DNA of 64,000 nt, from positions 9,776 through 73,775 of the forward strand of contig JAHEJX010000006.1 in NCBI GenBank assembly GCA_024638645.1, given 5' to 3'. Positions within the stretch are counted from its first letter, which is position 1, and every line of letters starts with the position of its first letter. The translations under genes were made by a program, and so were the position numbers. Below the pieces are notes generated by a model. It was given only the letters and a program-made list of their open reading frames with translations, did not search any database and was not told the origin of the DNA. Below are positions 18,987-28,982 of this stretch, piece by piece. The DNA is from Actinomycetes bacterium. Its GTDB lineage: Bacteria; Actinomycetota; Acidimicrobiia; Spongiisociales; UBA5794.

Positions 18987-19743
18987 CTGCACCCGGGCGA
19001 TAGACAGGCTCAGCGAATACGACCGCGTCGGCGGCCACTATTCCGCGAACACCGGCATCGCTGACCAACCAGTTGAAGAATTCCAGCCCCGCTTCATCGA
19101 CCCGAATCGCCGAATACTGGTTGGCGAGGGTGGCAGCGTCATCCAGGGGCACCGGTACGAGGTCGATGGTGTCAGCGGCACTCGCGTACACCCCAGCCTC
19201 GACCAAGGTGAAGCCACCGATCTGATCGGCGACCTGGAGCGTCAGGCCCATACCCTGGCCCGTAGCCACGTACCAGGCACCTTCCGGCGTAACGCCGGCT
19301 TCGGCCCACAAGGCGAGCTCGCGGCTGTGGGTGCCCGACCCATCATCTCGCGTAACGAACTTGTGACCGGCTGCTGCGATCGCCCCCATTGCATCTGCAG
19401 CCGACGCCGTCGAGATACCTCCGACGAGTTCGAATGGTCCGACCAAGAGAAAGCGGCTGTGGAATACACCAGCGCGCTGCGCAGTGGGGTTATTCGCCAT
19501 GAACTGCAATTCCTGACGCTCATCGTGGACGACCACCAGATCGAGTGACCCCTGAGCCGCCAACTCGAGCAGCTCCGCCGTGGAACCGGGCACGATCGAT
19601 AGGTCGGCACCGTACTGCTCTTCGAGCGCCGCCATGAAGCCGGAGTCGACCGTTGTCGTGCCGGCGCCCGCAACCACCCTGTCCCCGCCGCCACAGGCGG
19701 TGGTCACTAGGGCAACCATGAGAATCCAGCGGCGCCGAATCAC
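18970..19743 (-). CDS. tupA: Tungstate-type ABC substrate-binding lipoprotein (TupA-like)
   Basis: Lipobox TAC; DSG, FVTRDDGSGTH.RE..LW, TGQGMG.TL, NQY. Confidence 0.75.
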   Translation of the reverse strand: MIRRRWILMVALVTTACGGGDRVVAGAGTTTVDSGFMAALEEQYGADLSIVPGSTAELLELAAQGSLDLVVVHDERQELQFMANNPTAQRAGVFHSRFLLVGPFELVGGISTASAADAMGAIAAAGHKFVTRDDGSGTHSRELALWAEAGVTPEGAWYVATGQGMGLTLQVADQIGGFTLVEAGVYASAADTIDLVPVPLDDAATLANQYSAIRVDEAGLEFFNWLVSDAGVRGIVAADAVVFAEPVYRPGAATATP

Positions 19744-20759
19744 TGCTTGGCGGAGGTGACGGCTCGGGCAGCGGTTGCCTTGACCGAGAGCGCAACCTTG
19801 TCGTCAACGGTGATGCCCATGCCTGCCATAGAGCCCTCCGTGATGAGCGCGGCGACGGGCTGTCCCACATCGACGACGACCTCGATCAACCTTCCCACAT
19901 CACCGAGCGAACGAACGCTGCCGAGCCAGTGGTTGCGAGCTGAATCCTGGCCCTCCGTGGCCGTCGCAGAGGAAACCGTGTGCAAGGTCACTGCGTCCGC
20001 CCCAAAGGTGACCCGGACCTCGCTACCTGCCGCTTGCTCGCCGAGCGCCCACACCATCAGACCAGAACAAGACACTTGCACCAAAGGACCGTCTTGTTTG
20101 ACAACCGTGCCGACCATGACGTTCTGATGACCCAGCAGATGGGCTACATCCTGGTTGGCCGGGTCGAGAAATATCTCCTGGGGCGGACCTACCGACCGAA
20201 CTGCACCGTCGACCATCAGCGCGACGCGGTCGGCAAAAGCAACCGCAATGTCTCGATCATGAGTCACGACTACCGCGGTGCGCTCGCCAATGGCGTCGCC
20301 GGCTACGGCAATCACGTTGTCGCGATCCTTGGCGCCGATAGCCGCCAGCGGTTCATCCAAGGCCACCAAGCTTCGCCCCGAAGCGAGGGTCCTCGCCAGA
20401 GCGAGCCTTTGCCGTTCGCCTCCGCTGAGGCGAGCTGCGGGAGTCCCCAGCAGATTGGACACACCGAGGCGTTTCGCCAGGACTTCTGCGCGATTCGACT
20501 CTTCTCCAGCCAACCCCATCAACAGATTGCGCCGGCCACTGCCGCGGAACATGAAGGGGCGTTGCGGGAGATAGGCGACGTCCTCACCGCTACGTTCTCC
20601 GATGACCCCGGCGATCAGTCGCAGCAGGGTGGACTTGCCCGCGCCGTTGGGCCCAAAGATCACCATTCGCTCGCCGCTGCGTATCCCCAAGTCGGTCGGA
20701 GCGACAATCTGCATGCCGTCACTCTCCCAAGCGAGCTCGCCGAAATCGACGGCCCTCAT
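19740..20759 (-). CDS. tupC: Oxyanion ABC ATP-binding protein with C-terminal TOBE domains
   Basis: GPNGAGKST, LSGGE, LDEP, SARN..KATA TOBE; ATG 20759 overlaps permease stop. Confidence 0.8.
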   Translation of the reverse strand: MRAVDFGELAWESDGMQIVAPTDLGIRSGERMVIFGPNGAGKSTLLRLIAGVIGERSGEDVAYLPQRPFMFRGSGRRNLLMGLAGEESNRAEVLAKRLGVSNLLGTPAARLSGGERQRLALARTLASGRSLVALDEPLAAIGAKDRDNVIAVAGDAIGERTAVVVTHDRDIAVAFADRVALMVDGAVRSVGPPQEIFLDPANQDVAHLLGHQNVMVGTVVKQDGPLVQVSCSGLMVWALGEQAAGSEVRVTFGADAVTLHTVSSATATEGQDSARNHWLGSVRSLGDVGRLIEVVVDVGQPVAALITEGSMAGMGITVDDKVALSVKATAARAVTSAKQ

Positions 20760-21457
20760 GCTGCCGGCTCCCCACGCAGCTGCGCCCAGGTCAGGGCCAG
20801 GTTGACGATGAGGGCCACCGCCAGCAGGACGAGACCGAGCCCAAGAGCCGCCCCGAGATTGGACTGTCGTGCCTCCTGGACGATGGCAGTTGTCAGCACC
20901 CGAGTCTCCCCCTCGATGTTGCCGCCAACTACGAGTACTGCGCCGACTTCGGCGATGACGCGTCCGAAGGCAGCGGCAACGGCGGCTGCAATCCCCGGCC
21001 ATACCTCACGCGCCGCAATCCACGAGCGTCGCGACGCGCTCACGTTCAGGGCCGCCAGTTGCTCAACCGCATCGCCACTCAGATTCCGCACGGCGCCGGC
21101 AGTGACCCCGGCCGCTATCGGAAAGGCAAGCAGAGCCTGCGCCCCGATCATGGCGCCGGGCGTGAAGAGTGCGTCCCACGAGCCCAAGACGCCGTCATTC
21201 CAGAGAAGGATCAAGAGGAGGAGACCGGCGAGGACCGGCGGGATTCCCATGCCCGTATTGACGAGCGCCAACACGAGACCGCGCCCCCGAAACCTGCTCA
21301 GACCGAGCCACACGCCGAACGGCACACCGACCAAAACGCCGATCGCCGTCGCCAATCCGGCCACGATGAGCGTCAATGCCAGGATCGTCCGCAGCTCGGG
21401 TCCGAACTCAAAGACATACCGAAAGGCGTCTCCGAGCACCTCACCTAAGAATTCCAT
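20756..21457 (-). CDS. tupB: Tungstate-type ABC permease
   Basis: NTGMGIPPVLAGL, FGRVIAEVGA..VGGNI.G.TRVLTTAIV. Confidence 0.85.
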   Translation of the reverse strand: MEFLGEVLGDAFRYVFEFGPELRTILALTLIVAGLATAIGVLVGVPFGVWLGLSRFRGRGLVLALVNTGMGIPPVLAGLLLLILLWNDGVLGSWDALFTPGAMIGAQALLAFPIAAGVTAGAVRNLSGDAVEQLAALNVSASRRSWIAAREVWPGIAAAVAAAFGRVIAEVGAVLVVGGNIEGETRVLTTAIVQEARQSNLGAALGLGLVLLAVALIVNLALTWAQLRGEPAA

Positions 21458-21460
21458 TGC

Positions 21461-21787
21461 CTACCTAAGGAATAGAAACCACGCGATTACAGCAAGTACT
21501 CCGAAGAAGACCGCAGCCTTCGTCGCGCTCTTGACAACCCCGTACCCGAAGCCGATTACCGCCATTACACCAATCAGGGCAAACAAGGGGTTCGATGACG
21601 CCGCCTCGATGAGGCCGGGAGGAACTCGGTCCTGCAGCCCCTCCGGTAGTCGATCGATGATGTCCTGCGGAATCTTGTCGATCACGCCGTCTTCGAGCTG
21701 TTGCCGAATGTCCTCAGGAAGCCGTTCGAGAACCTCGTCGGGAATCGAGTCCACCGCGGATTGAAAACGGATGAATAGCGAGAGCAT
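21461..21787 (-). CDS. Small membrane protein with internal Pro-periodic repeat
   Basis: TAGGCT 7 nt before ATG; two C-terminal hydrophobic segments; 3 nt from tupB start. Confidence 0.7.
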   Translation of the reverse strand: MLSLFIRFQSAVDSIPDEVLERLPEDIRQQLEDGVIDKIPQDIIDRLPEGLQDRVPPGLIEAASSNPLFALIGVMAVIGFGYGVVKSATKAAVFFGVLAVIAWFLFLR

Positions 21788-21840
21788 GGGCGATAGCCTA
21801 CCGGCGCATTCTTTCGCCGCACCTCAACTGATCGCGCCTT

Positions 21841-22236
21841 ATGACCCAGCAACAACTAGAGCTGAACAGGTCGTGGTGGCGGGGCGCCGCCCGCGCCGTC
21901 CTGCTGCGCTGTCCGCGTTGCGGGAAGGGAAGGGTTTTCCGCCGCCTAGTGATCATGAACGAGCAGTGTGCGGCTTGCCACCTCACTTTTGATCGTGGTC
22001 ACGGCTATTGGCTGGGGTCGATGATGTTCAACATGGCGTTCGCAATGGGGGCCGTGGTTGCCGTGTTCGTCCTGACCCTCGTCCTCACGAGCCCCGAACC
22101 GGACTGGGACCTGACGATCATCCTGGTGGTGACGATCGCACTCCTGTCACCGCTGCTCTTCTTTCCGTTCTCGCGAACTCTGTGGATCGCCGCGGAGCGG
22201 GCCGCCCGACTCCGGGATGGGACGGAATCAGAGTGA
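21841..22236 (+). CDS. DUF983-like zinc-ribbon membrane protein
   Basis: RCPRCGKG..C..C followed by two TM helices. Confidence 0.75.
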   Translation: MTQQQLELNRSWWRGAARAVLLRCPRCGKGRVFRRLVIMNEQCAACHLTFDRGHGYWLGSMMFNMAFAMGAVVAVFVLTLVLTSPEPDWDLTIILVVTIALLSPLLFFPFSRTLWIAAERAARLRDGTESE

Positions 22237-22252
22237 ATTACCCTCATCGACG

Positions 22253-25021
22253 ATGAGCCACGCCTACAACCCAGACAAAGATGCCCCGCTGCGGGCAGAC
22301 ATCCGATTGCTCGGCAACATGCTCGGCGGGACCCTGGTTCGCCAGGAAGGGCAACACTTGCTGGATCTCGTCGAGCAAGTAAGGGCACTAACCAAGCGAC
22401 AACGCGCCGCCGAGCAGAAGGGCGAGGTCGACGTTGCCGCAATGGAAGAGCTCAGCGAGATCATTGCCCACCTGGACATTCCGACCACGATCTCGCTCGT
22501 CCGGTCGTTCACAGTCTTCTTCTATCTGGCGAACGTAGCCGAGCAAACACATCGGCTCGACGAGGCCGGCGCCCGTTCTGAGGCCTCCCGGGGCTTCCTC
22601 CAGTCCACAGTGGACCGCATCGAGGCCGCAGACCTCGACGTCGCTACGACCCACGAGGTCATCAACCGCCTCGAGCTCCGTCCAGTCTTCACCGCTCACC
22701 CCACGGAAGCAGCCCGCCGCTCGATTCTCTCGAAGATCTCGGCCGTCGCCGAGCTTCTCACCGAACGCTCCGATCCACGCATATCCGACTCGGGACGCGA
22801 TCGAATCGATCGCCGCCTTGCGGAGCTCATCGACCTGATATGGCAGACGGACGAGCTACGTCGCGCTCAACCGACGCCCCTCGATGAGGCCCGCTCCGTG
22901 ATCTACTACCTGGATGAGATATTCCGAGAAGTTTCAGCGGACCTCTATGACGAACTCGATCATCAACTCGCCAGGCTCGGAGTCGAGTTGCCGGCCGATT
23001 CGAAGCCACTCCACTTCGGAACCTGGGTAGGTGGTGATCGCGACGGCAATCCCTACGTGACACCTGCCACCACGATCGAGGTGCTCGAGATGCAACACGG
23101 CCACGCATTGCGCGAGCTGATCCGGGCGATCGAGGAACTCTCCTTCGAATTGAGTCCTTCTGACCGGATCAACGAGATCACGAGCGAGCTGCTCAAGTCG
23201 CTGGAGGATGATGCCCAGTCTCTCCCGGGGGTCCATACTCGATTCCGCAAGCTATCTGCCGGTGAGGCCTACCGACAGAAGTGCGCCTACATCCATCAGC
23301 GTCTTGTGAACACCGTGGAGCGGCTCCAGGCCGGCACAGACCACGTACCGGGCCAGGACTATCAGTCTGCCTCCCACATGCGAGCGGAACTGGAGCTGAT
23401 GCAATCGAGTCTCGAGGCGAACCACGGGGAGCTGGTCGCCGACGGCATGCTGCGTCGCCTGATCCGCCGCGTTGCCGGATTCGGATTTAGCCTGGCAACG
23501 ATGGACATCCGAGAACACGCCACCAAACATCATGCCGTTATCGACGAGCTACTGCGGCGTGTCGACCCTGCCACCACCTACGCCTCATTGGAGCGAAGCG
23601 AAAGGGCGAAGATTCTGGCTGCCGAGTTGTCTAACCCGCGGCCGCTGTCACAAGTGACCACCCAGCTGGCACCCGAAACCACTCGCACAATCGAAACGTT
23701 CCACACGGTTCGCGTAGCGCTCGATAGGTTCGGCCGCGACGTCGTCGAGAGCTACATCATCTCGGAAACAAGGGGCGCAGACGATGTGCTCGCCGCATGT
23801 GTGCTCGCCAAAGAGGCCGGCCTCATCGATCTTCAGGCCGACATCGCACAGATCGGCTTCGTCCCGCTGTTCGAAACCACAGAAGAGGTTCGCAGCTCCG
23901 GCGCGATGCTCGATCAGATGTTGTCCGACCCCTCATATAGGCGCATTGTCGAGCTCCGCGGCAACCTTCAGGAAGCCATGCTCGGCTACAGCGACTCCTC
24001 GAAACACGGCGGCCTGACGACATCGCAGTGGTTGCTCTATTCGGCGTCGCGCGATCTGCGCGACGTCGCACGGCGCCACGGCGTGGAACTGCGCATTTTC
24101 CACGGGCGCGGCGGCACCGTAGGCCGCGGTGGCGGCCCGACAGGCGAAGCGATCCTCGCCCAACCGTGGGGAACCGTCGATGGCCGCATCAAGATCACCG
24201 AGCAGGGCGAGGTCATCGCAGACAAGTACGGCCTGCCTGCGCTGGCCTATGCCAACCTCGAGCTGGCCCTAGCGGCCACCCTCGAAGCTTCGCTCCTGCA
24301 CCGGGTGAGCCGTAAGTCGCAAAGCGTGCTTGCCGAGTGGGACGCCGCCATGGACAAGATCTCAGAGGCGGCCCACGGCGAGTACCGCGCACTCGTTGAA
24401 GATCCCGACATGATCGCCTACTTCCACGCATCGACGCCCGTCGAAGAGCTAGCCGCCATGAACATCGGTTCGCGTCCGTCGCGCCGGCCCGGCACCAAGC
24501 CCGGTCTAGATGGATTGCGTGCAATTCCGTGGGTGTTCGGCTGGACACAATCGCGCCAGGTAGTTCCCGGTTGGTTCGGAGTCGGCACCGGCTTGGCAGC
24601 CGCGCACGAGGCAGGCCTCGGCGACGCCATCCGCGACATGTACGAGAACTGGTCTTTCTTCCGCACTTTTGTGTCAAATGTCGAGATGACTCTCACGAAG
24701 ACCGACATCACGGTCGCCGGGCGTTACGTCGACCAACTCGTACCAAACAACCTGCGCCATGTGTGGGACACGGTGCTCGCCGAGTTCGAGCAGACGCTCG
24801 AGCAGGTACTGAACATCACAGGCGATACCGAGCTACTCGACCGTTACCCGATCCTCCAGAGAACCTTGGCCGTCCGCGACACATATCTAGACCCGATCAG
24901 CTACCTCCAGGTCGCCTTGCTGAAACGGTCTCGCGAGGACGGCGAGACCAGCGCCGACCTACAGCGTGCGCTGCTATTGACGGTGAACGGCCTCGCAGCC
25001 GGCCTCCGCAACACCGGCTAA
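22253..25021 (+). CDS. ppc: Phosphoenolpyruvate carboxylase
   Basis: VFTAHPTE, GGDRDGNP, MLGYSDS.K, FHGRGGTVGRGGGP, LRAIPWVF, C-terminal RNTG. Confidence 0.98.
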   Translation: MSHAYNPDKDAPLRADIRLLGNMLGGTLVRQEGQHLLDLVEQVRALTKRQRAAEQKGEVDVAAMEELSEIIAHLDIPTTISLVRSFTVFFYLANVAEQTHRLDEAGARSEASRGFLQSTVDRIEAADLDVATTHEVINRLELRPVFTAHPTEAARRSILSKISAVAELLTERSDPRISDSGRDRIDRRLAELIDLIWQTDELRRAQPTPLDEARSVIYYLDEIFREVSADLYDELDHQLARLGVELPADSKPLHFGTWVGGDRDGNPYVTPATTIEVLEMQHGHALRELIRAIEELSFELSPSDRINEITSELLKSLEDDAQSLPGVHTRFRKLSAGEAYRQKCAYIHQRLVNTVERLQAGTDHVPGQDYQSASHMRAELELMQSSLEANHGELVADGMLRRLIRRVAGFGFSLATMDIREHATKHHAVIDELLRRVDPATTYASLERSERAKILAAELSNPRPLSQVTTQLAPETTRTIETFHTVRVALDRFGRDVVESYIISETRGADDVLAACVLAKEAGLIDLQADIAQIGFVPLFETTEEVRSSGAMLDQMLSDPSYRRIVELRGNLQEAMLGYSDSSKHGGLTTSQWLLYSASRDLRDVARRHGVELRIFHGRGGTVGRGGGPTGEAILAQPWGTVDGRIKITEQGEVIADKYGLPALAYANLELALAATLEASLLHRVSRKSQSVLAEWDAAMDKISEAAHGEYRALVEDPDMIAYFHASTPVEELAAMNIGSRPSRRPGTKPGLDGLRAIPWVFGWTQSRQVVPGWFGVGTGLAAAHEAGLGDAIRDMYENWSFFRTFVSNVEMTLTKTDITVAGRYVDQLVPNNLRHVWDTVLAEFEQTLEQVLNITGDTELLDRYPILQRTLAVRDTYLDPISYLQVALLKRSREDGETSADLQRALLLTVNGLAAGLRNTG

Positions 25022-25031
25022 TCGGCCCCAC

Positions 25032-26483
25032 TCAGCCGCCGGTTTTGGCCCGGATCAAGTCGGAAACCTGCTTTGGATCGGCCTTACCTCCTGTGGCTCT
25101 CATGACTTGGCCGACGAGGAACCCAAAAGGCTTGTTGTCACCGGCTTGGATACTCGCAACGGCATCGGCATGCCCTGCCAGTACCGCATCTACCTCAGCC
25201 TCGATGACGGACGAGTCCGAGATCTGAATCAGGTCGCGTGACTCGGCAACCTCGCCCGGAGTGCCTTCTCCGGCTAGGACGCCTGCCAAGACCTGCTTGG
25301 CGGCCGACGCGCTGAGGGTGGAGTCGCCGACCATTTCGGCGAGCTCGACGAGATGGGCCGGTACAAGCGGCGTATCACCGATGGCGACTTCTTCCGCCCG
25401 GCTCCACGCCACGGCCTCGCCGCTGAGCCAGTTGCCGATGAGCCGCCCATCGCCGCCTGCGTTCATTGCACCTTCGAACAAGTCGCCTATGGCGTCCTCG
25501 GAACCCACCAGCACCGCAGCCACCCTGGCATCGACGCCGAGACCCTGGTACCGAGCCCGGCGGGCGGCGGGCAGCTCTGGCAGCGCCTCTCGGACTGCAT
25601 CGCGCCACGCCGCCGAAACCTCGATCGGAACGAGATCCGGTTCCTGAAAATACCGGTAGTCCTCAGACTCCTCTTTGGACCGCATCGAGGTTGTCTTACC
25701 GCTGTCCTCGTTCCAATGGCGCGTCTCCTGCACGACGACGCCACCGCTCTCGACCAACTCGATCTGACGGTGAATCTCGAAAGCCACCGCTCGCTGGAGC
25801 GAACGGAGTGAGTTGACGTTCTTGACCTCCGCCCGGGTGCCAAGCTCAGCGGCCCCGGCCGGCCGGATCGAGACATTGGCGTCGAATCGCATACTCCCCT
25901 CTTCGAGCCTGGCATCCGACACACCGAGTGTCCGCACGATGCGCTGGAGTTCGGCGCCATATGCTCTTGCCTGCTCTGCGCTGCGAATGTCTGGCTCGGT
26001 GACGATCTCGACGAGGGGGACGCCGGAACGGTTGAAATCAAGCAGCGAGTACTCGGCGTCGTGGATGCGGCCGCCGCCACCGACGTGAATGCTCTTGCCC
26101 GTGTCCTCCTCCATGTGAACCCGGGTGATCCCAATCTTGGTGTCCTCACCATCGACCTCAACCTGGATCTCGCCGTCGTGGCAGATTGGGACGTCGTACT
26201 GGGAAATCTGATAATTCTTGGGAAGGTCGGGATAGAAATAGTTCTTCCGGTGAAAGAAGGAGGTATCGGCAACTTGGCACCCGAGCGCGGTACCGATCTG
26301 GAGGATGCCTTCGATGGCCTCGGAGTTGGGCACCGGAAGCGCGCCGGGCAAACCGAGGCACACTGGGCATGTGGTGGTGTTTGGCGGCTCACCGAACTTG
26401 ACAGGACAGCCGCAGAACATCTTCGAATCCGTCATCAACTCAACGTGGGTCTCGATGCCAATGACGGCTTCGTAGTCGGTCAT
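25032..26483 (-). CDS. gatB: Asp/Glu-tRNA amidotransferase subunit B
   Basis: IGIETHVEL, RKNYFYPDLPK, HMEEDTGK, DYRYF.EPD. Confidence 0.97.
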   Translation of the reverse strand: MTDYEAVIGIETHVELMTDSKMFCGCPVKFGEPPNTTTCPVCLGLPGALPVPNSEAIEGILQIGTALGCQVADTSFFHRKNYFYPDLPKNYQISQYDVPICHDGEIQVEVDGEDTKIGITRVHMEEDTGKSIHVGGGGRIHDAEYSLLDFNRSGVPLVEIVTEPDIRSAEQARAYGAELQRIVRTLGVSDARLEEGSMRFDANVSIRPAGAAELGTRAEVKNVNSLRSLQRAVAFEIHRQIELVESGGVVVQETRHWNEDSGKTTSMRSKEESEDYRYFQEPDLVPIEVSAAWRDAVREALPELPAARRARYQGLGVDARVAAVLVGSEDAIGDLFEGAMNAGGDGRLIGNWLSGEAVAWSRAEEVAIGDTPLVPAHLVELAEMVGDSTLSASAAKQVLAGVLAGEGTPGEVAESRDLIQISDSSVIEAEVDAVLAGHADAVASIQAGDNKPFGFLVGQVMRATGGKADPKQVSDLIRAKTGG

Positions 26484-27961
26484 GGGCTCACGACCTCGGA
26501 TGTCGCCAGCGGGGCGCGGGCGGTGAAGTTGGCGATGTCTTCGACTGCCTGAGCCACCTGGAACATCCGCTCCTCACCCAGCGAAGGCGCCATCACCTGG
26601 TATCCGATGGGCAAATCGGCAGAATCGAGCCCAATCGGTATTGAAGCTCCTGGATCGCCAGTGAGGTTGATCGGAATCGTGCAAACGTCGGCGTAATACA
26701 TCGCAATAGGGTCATCTGTTTTCGCCCCGATCTCGAAAGCCGTCGTGGGGCTAGTCGGCGCCACCAGGACATCGACCCCTTCATAGGCGGCAGCAAACTG
26801 CTGTCGAATGAGCGTGCGCACTCGCTGTGCTTGGCCGTAGAAGGCGTCGTAGTAGCCCGCGCTGAGCGCGTAGGTGCCAAGGAGGATGCGCCGAATCACC
26901 TCGGGCCCGAATCCCTCCGCCCGGGTCGCCGCCATCATCTCTTCTGTGGTGGCACCTTCGGAACGCAGCCCGAAACGGACCCCGTCGAAGCGGGCGAGGT
27001 TCGCCGAGCATTCGGCAGGCGCAATGAGGTAGTAGGCGGACAGCCCGTACTCGCAGCTGGGCAGCGACACTTCGGTGACCTCGGCGCCGGCGTCGGCAAG
27101 TGCGTCATGCATCTTCGACACGGACGTGCGCACCTCGGGGTCGATCTCAGGGCCGCTGAGCTCCTTGATCACGCCGATCTTGAGGCCGGCAACCCCATGA
27201 TGCAGCGAGCCGCGGAAGTTAGGGATCTCGCCGCGGATACTCGTTGCGTCGTGAATGTCGTGGCCGGCAATCGCCTCCAAGAGAACCGCAGAGTCTTCGA
27301 CGCTGCGAGTGAAGGGCCCGATCTGGTCTAGAGATGAGGCAAACGCGATCAGCCCGTACCTGCTGACCAGGCCATACGTCGGCTTCACTCCAACTACGCC
27401 GCACAGGGCCGCAGGCTGTCGGATGGAACCGCCGGTGTCCGAGCCGAGCGCGGCCAGTGCCGAACCGGTGGCGACGGCAGCAGCCGAGCCTCCGGAGGAC
27501 CCGCCGGGAACTGTGTCTGTGTTCCACGGGTTGCGCGTGGCACCGTAGGCCGAATTCTCGGTTGAAGAGCCCATGGCGAACTCGTCGAGGTTGGTCTTGC
27601 CGACGAGCACAGAGCCTGCGGCCTGCAGCCGGCTGACCACCGTCGCGTCGTAAGGGGGTATCCATCCGGCCAGGATCTGCGAAGAGGCTGTGGTCTCGAT
27701 GCCCTTGGTGCACATGTTGTCCTTGAGGGCGATCGGTATCCCATGCAGCGGCCCGCGATCGTCGCCGGCGGCCAACGCCGCATCTGCCGCGGTCGCCTTC
27801 TCGCGAGCCCCCGTTTGATCGAGCGTGAGATAGGCGTGCAGGTGGGACTCTGACATCCGGGCGCGTTCGAGCACGGCTTCCGTCAGGTCGACTGAAGACA
27901 GCTCGCCCGAACGAAGTTTGGCGCCGGCTGCGGCGATCGTGAGGTCTGCTGGATCGCTCAT
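26480..27961 (-). CDS. gatA: Asp/Glu-tRNA amidotransferase subunit A
   Basis: KDN, GGSSGGSAA, GSDTGGSIRQPA, RRILLGT. Confidence 0.97.
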   Translation of the reverse strand: MSDPADLTIAAAGAKLRSGELSSVDLTEAVLERARMSESHLHAYLTLDQTGAREKATAADAALAAGDDRGPLHGIPIALKDNMCTKGIETTASSQILAGWIPPYDATVVSRLQAAGSVLVGKTNLDEFAMGSSTENSAYGATRNPWNTDTVPGGSSGGSAAAVATGSALAALGSDTGGSIRQPAALCGVVGVKPTYGLVSRYGLIAFASSLDQIGPFTRSVEDSAVLLEAIAGHDIHDATSIRGEIPNFRGSLHHGVAGLKIGVIKELSGPEIDPEVRTSVSKMHDALADAGAEVTEVSLPSCEYGLSAYYLIAPAECSANLARFDGVRFGLRSEGATTEEMMAATRAEGFGPEVIRRILLGTYALSAGYYDAFYGQAQRVRTLIRQQFAAAYEGVDVLVAPTSPTTAFEIGAKTDDPIAMYYADVCTIPINLTGDPGASIPIGLDSADLPIGYQVMAPSLGEERMFQVAQAVEDIANFTARAPLATSEVVSP

Positions 27962-28248
27962 TCGTCCCCCAGAACCGGTGGCACCTTGAAGTAGCCGTCT
28001 TCGGCCGCAGGCGCACCGCTGAGCGCCTCGTCGGGCGACAGCGATTCGGTGACCTTGTCTGGACGGAATGAGTTTGTCATCGGAACGGGGTGCGACGTTG
28101 GTGGAATGCCCTCCGTGGGCAGTTGTTGGACCCGCTCCGCGTGTTCGAGAATCGCGCCTAGCTGCGCGCCATAGCGGGCAAGCTCCTCGGCGGATAGGGC
28201 AATGCGGGCCAGGGACGCGACTTTGGCGATGTCAATCTCAACGGGCAT
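27958..28248 (-). CDS. gatC: Asp/Glu-tRNA amidotransferase subunit C
   Basis: VASLARI, PTSHP, FRPD, AP...GYFKVP; TAGCAT 7 nt before ATG. Confidence 0.92.
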   Translation of the reverse strand: MPVEIDIAKVASLARIALSAEELARYGAQLGAILEHAERVQQLPTEGIPPTSHPVPMTNSFRPDKVTESLSPDEALSGAPAAEDGYFKVPPVLGDE

Positions 28249-28328
28249 GGCTGCGATGCTAACCGGGCTCGGAGACGCATCAGCTCGCATCACATCGCCT
28301 TGCATCGCCACCGGTAGGCTCTGGCGCC

Positions 28329-28982
28329 ATGGCCGTACGCGACATGTTTCTCGATCCGCCGCCGCGCCGGGAAATGCCGGGACGCCTGGCTCGACTCTTT
28401 GCCGGACTCGCCATGTTCGGGTTCGGAGTGGCCTTGATGGTGCGATCAGAGCTGGGGCTATCGCCATGGGAGGTGCTCCACCAAGGCATCTCGTTCAAGA
28501 CTGGGATCCTGCTCGGCACCGTGGGGATCATCGTGGGTTTCTTCGTCCTGTTCGGCTGGATCCCGCTGCGGGAGAAGCTCGGGATCGGTACGGTCGCCAA
28601 TGTTGTAGTGATCGGGATTGTGATTGACCTGTCGCTGTGGCAGCTCCCTGAGGAGTTCACGCACTTCGGCGTGCGATGGGGCCTGCTCATCGCCGGAATC
28701 ACGCTCATCGGCGTGGCCACGAGCCTCTATATCGGGGCCGGCCTCGGGCCCGGGCCGCGTGATGGACTCATGACGGGGCTGGCCAAGCGGGGGTGGGCGA
28801 TCGGGCTGGTACGCACCGCTCTGGAACTCTCGGTCTTAGCGGCGGGTTGGCTGCTTGGCGGCACCGTCGGAATCGGGACGGTCCTCTTCGCCGTAGGCGT
28901 TGGTCCAATCGTGCACTGGACGCTGCCTTTCTTGACGCACGGGAATTCAGCGGCGCAGAAACTCGCCGAGAACCTCGAGTGA
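28329..28982 (+). CDS. YczE/YyaS/YitT family membrane protein
   Basis: LGLSPWEVLHQG, GIGT, GPGPRDGLMTG. Confidence 0.85.
   Translation: MAVRDMFLDPPPRREMPGRLARLFAGLAMFGFGVALMVRSELGLSPWEVLHQGISFKTGILLGTVGIIVGFFVLFGWIPLREKLGIGTVANVVVIGIVIDLSLWQLPEEFTHFGVRWGLLIAGITLIGVATSLYIGAGLGPGPRDGLMTGLAKRGWAIGLVRTALELSVLAAGWLLGGTVGIGTVLFAVGVGPIVHWTLPFLTHGNSAAQKLAENLE

Noticed and set aside
19980-21764. 594-aa plus-strand ORF
   Set aside because: Antisense shadow of the tup operon with no motifs; typical of high-GC DNA
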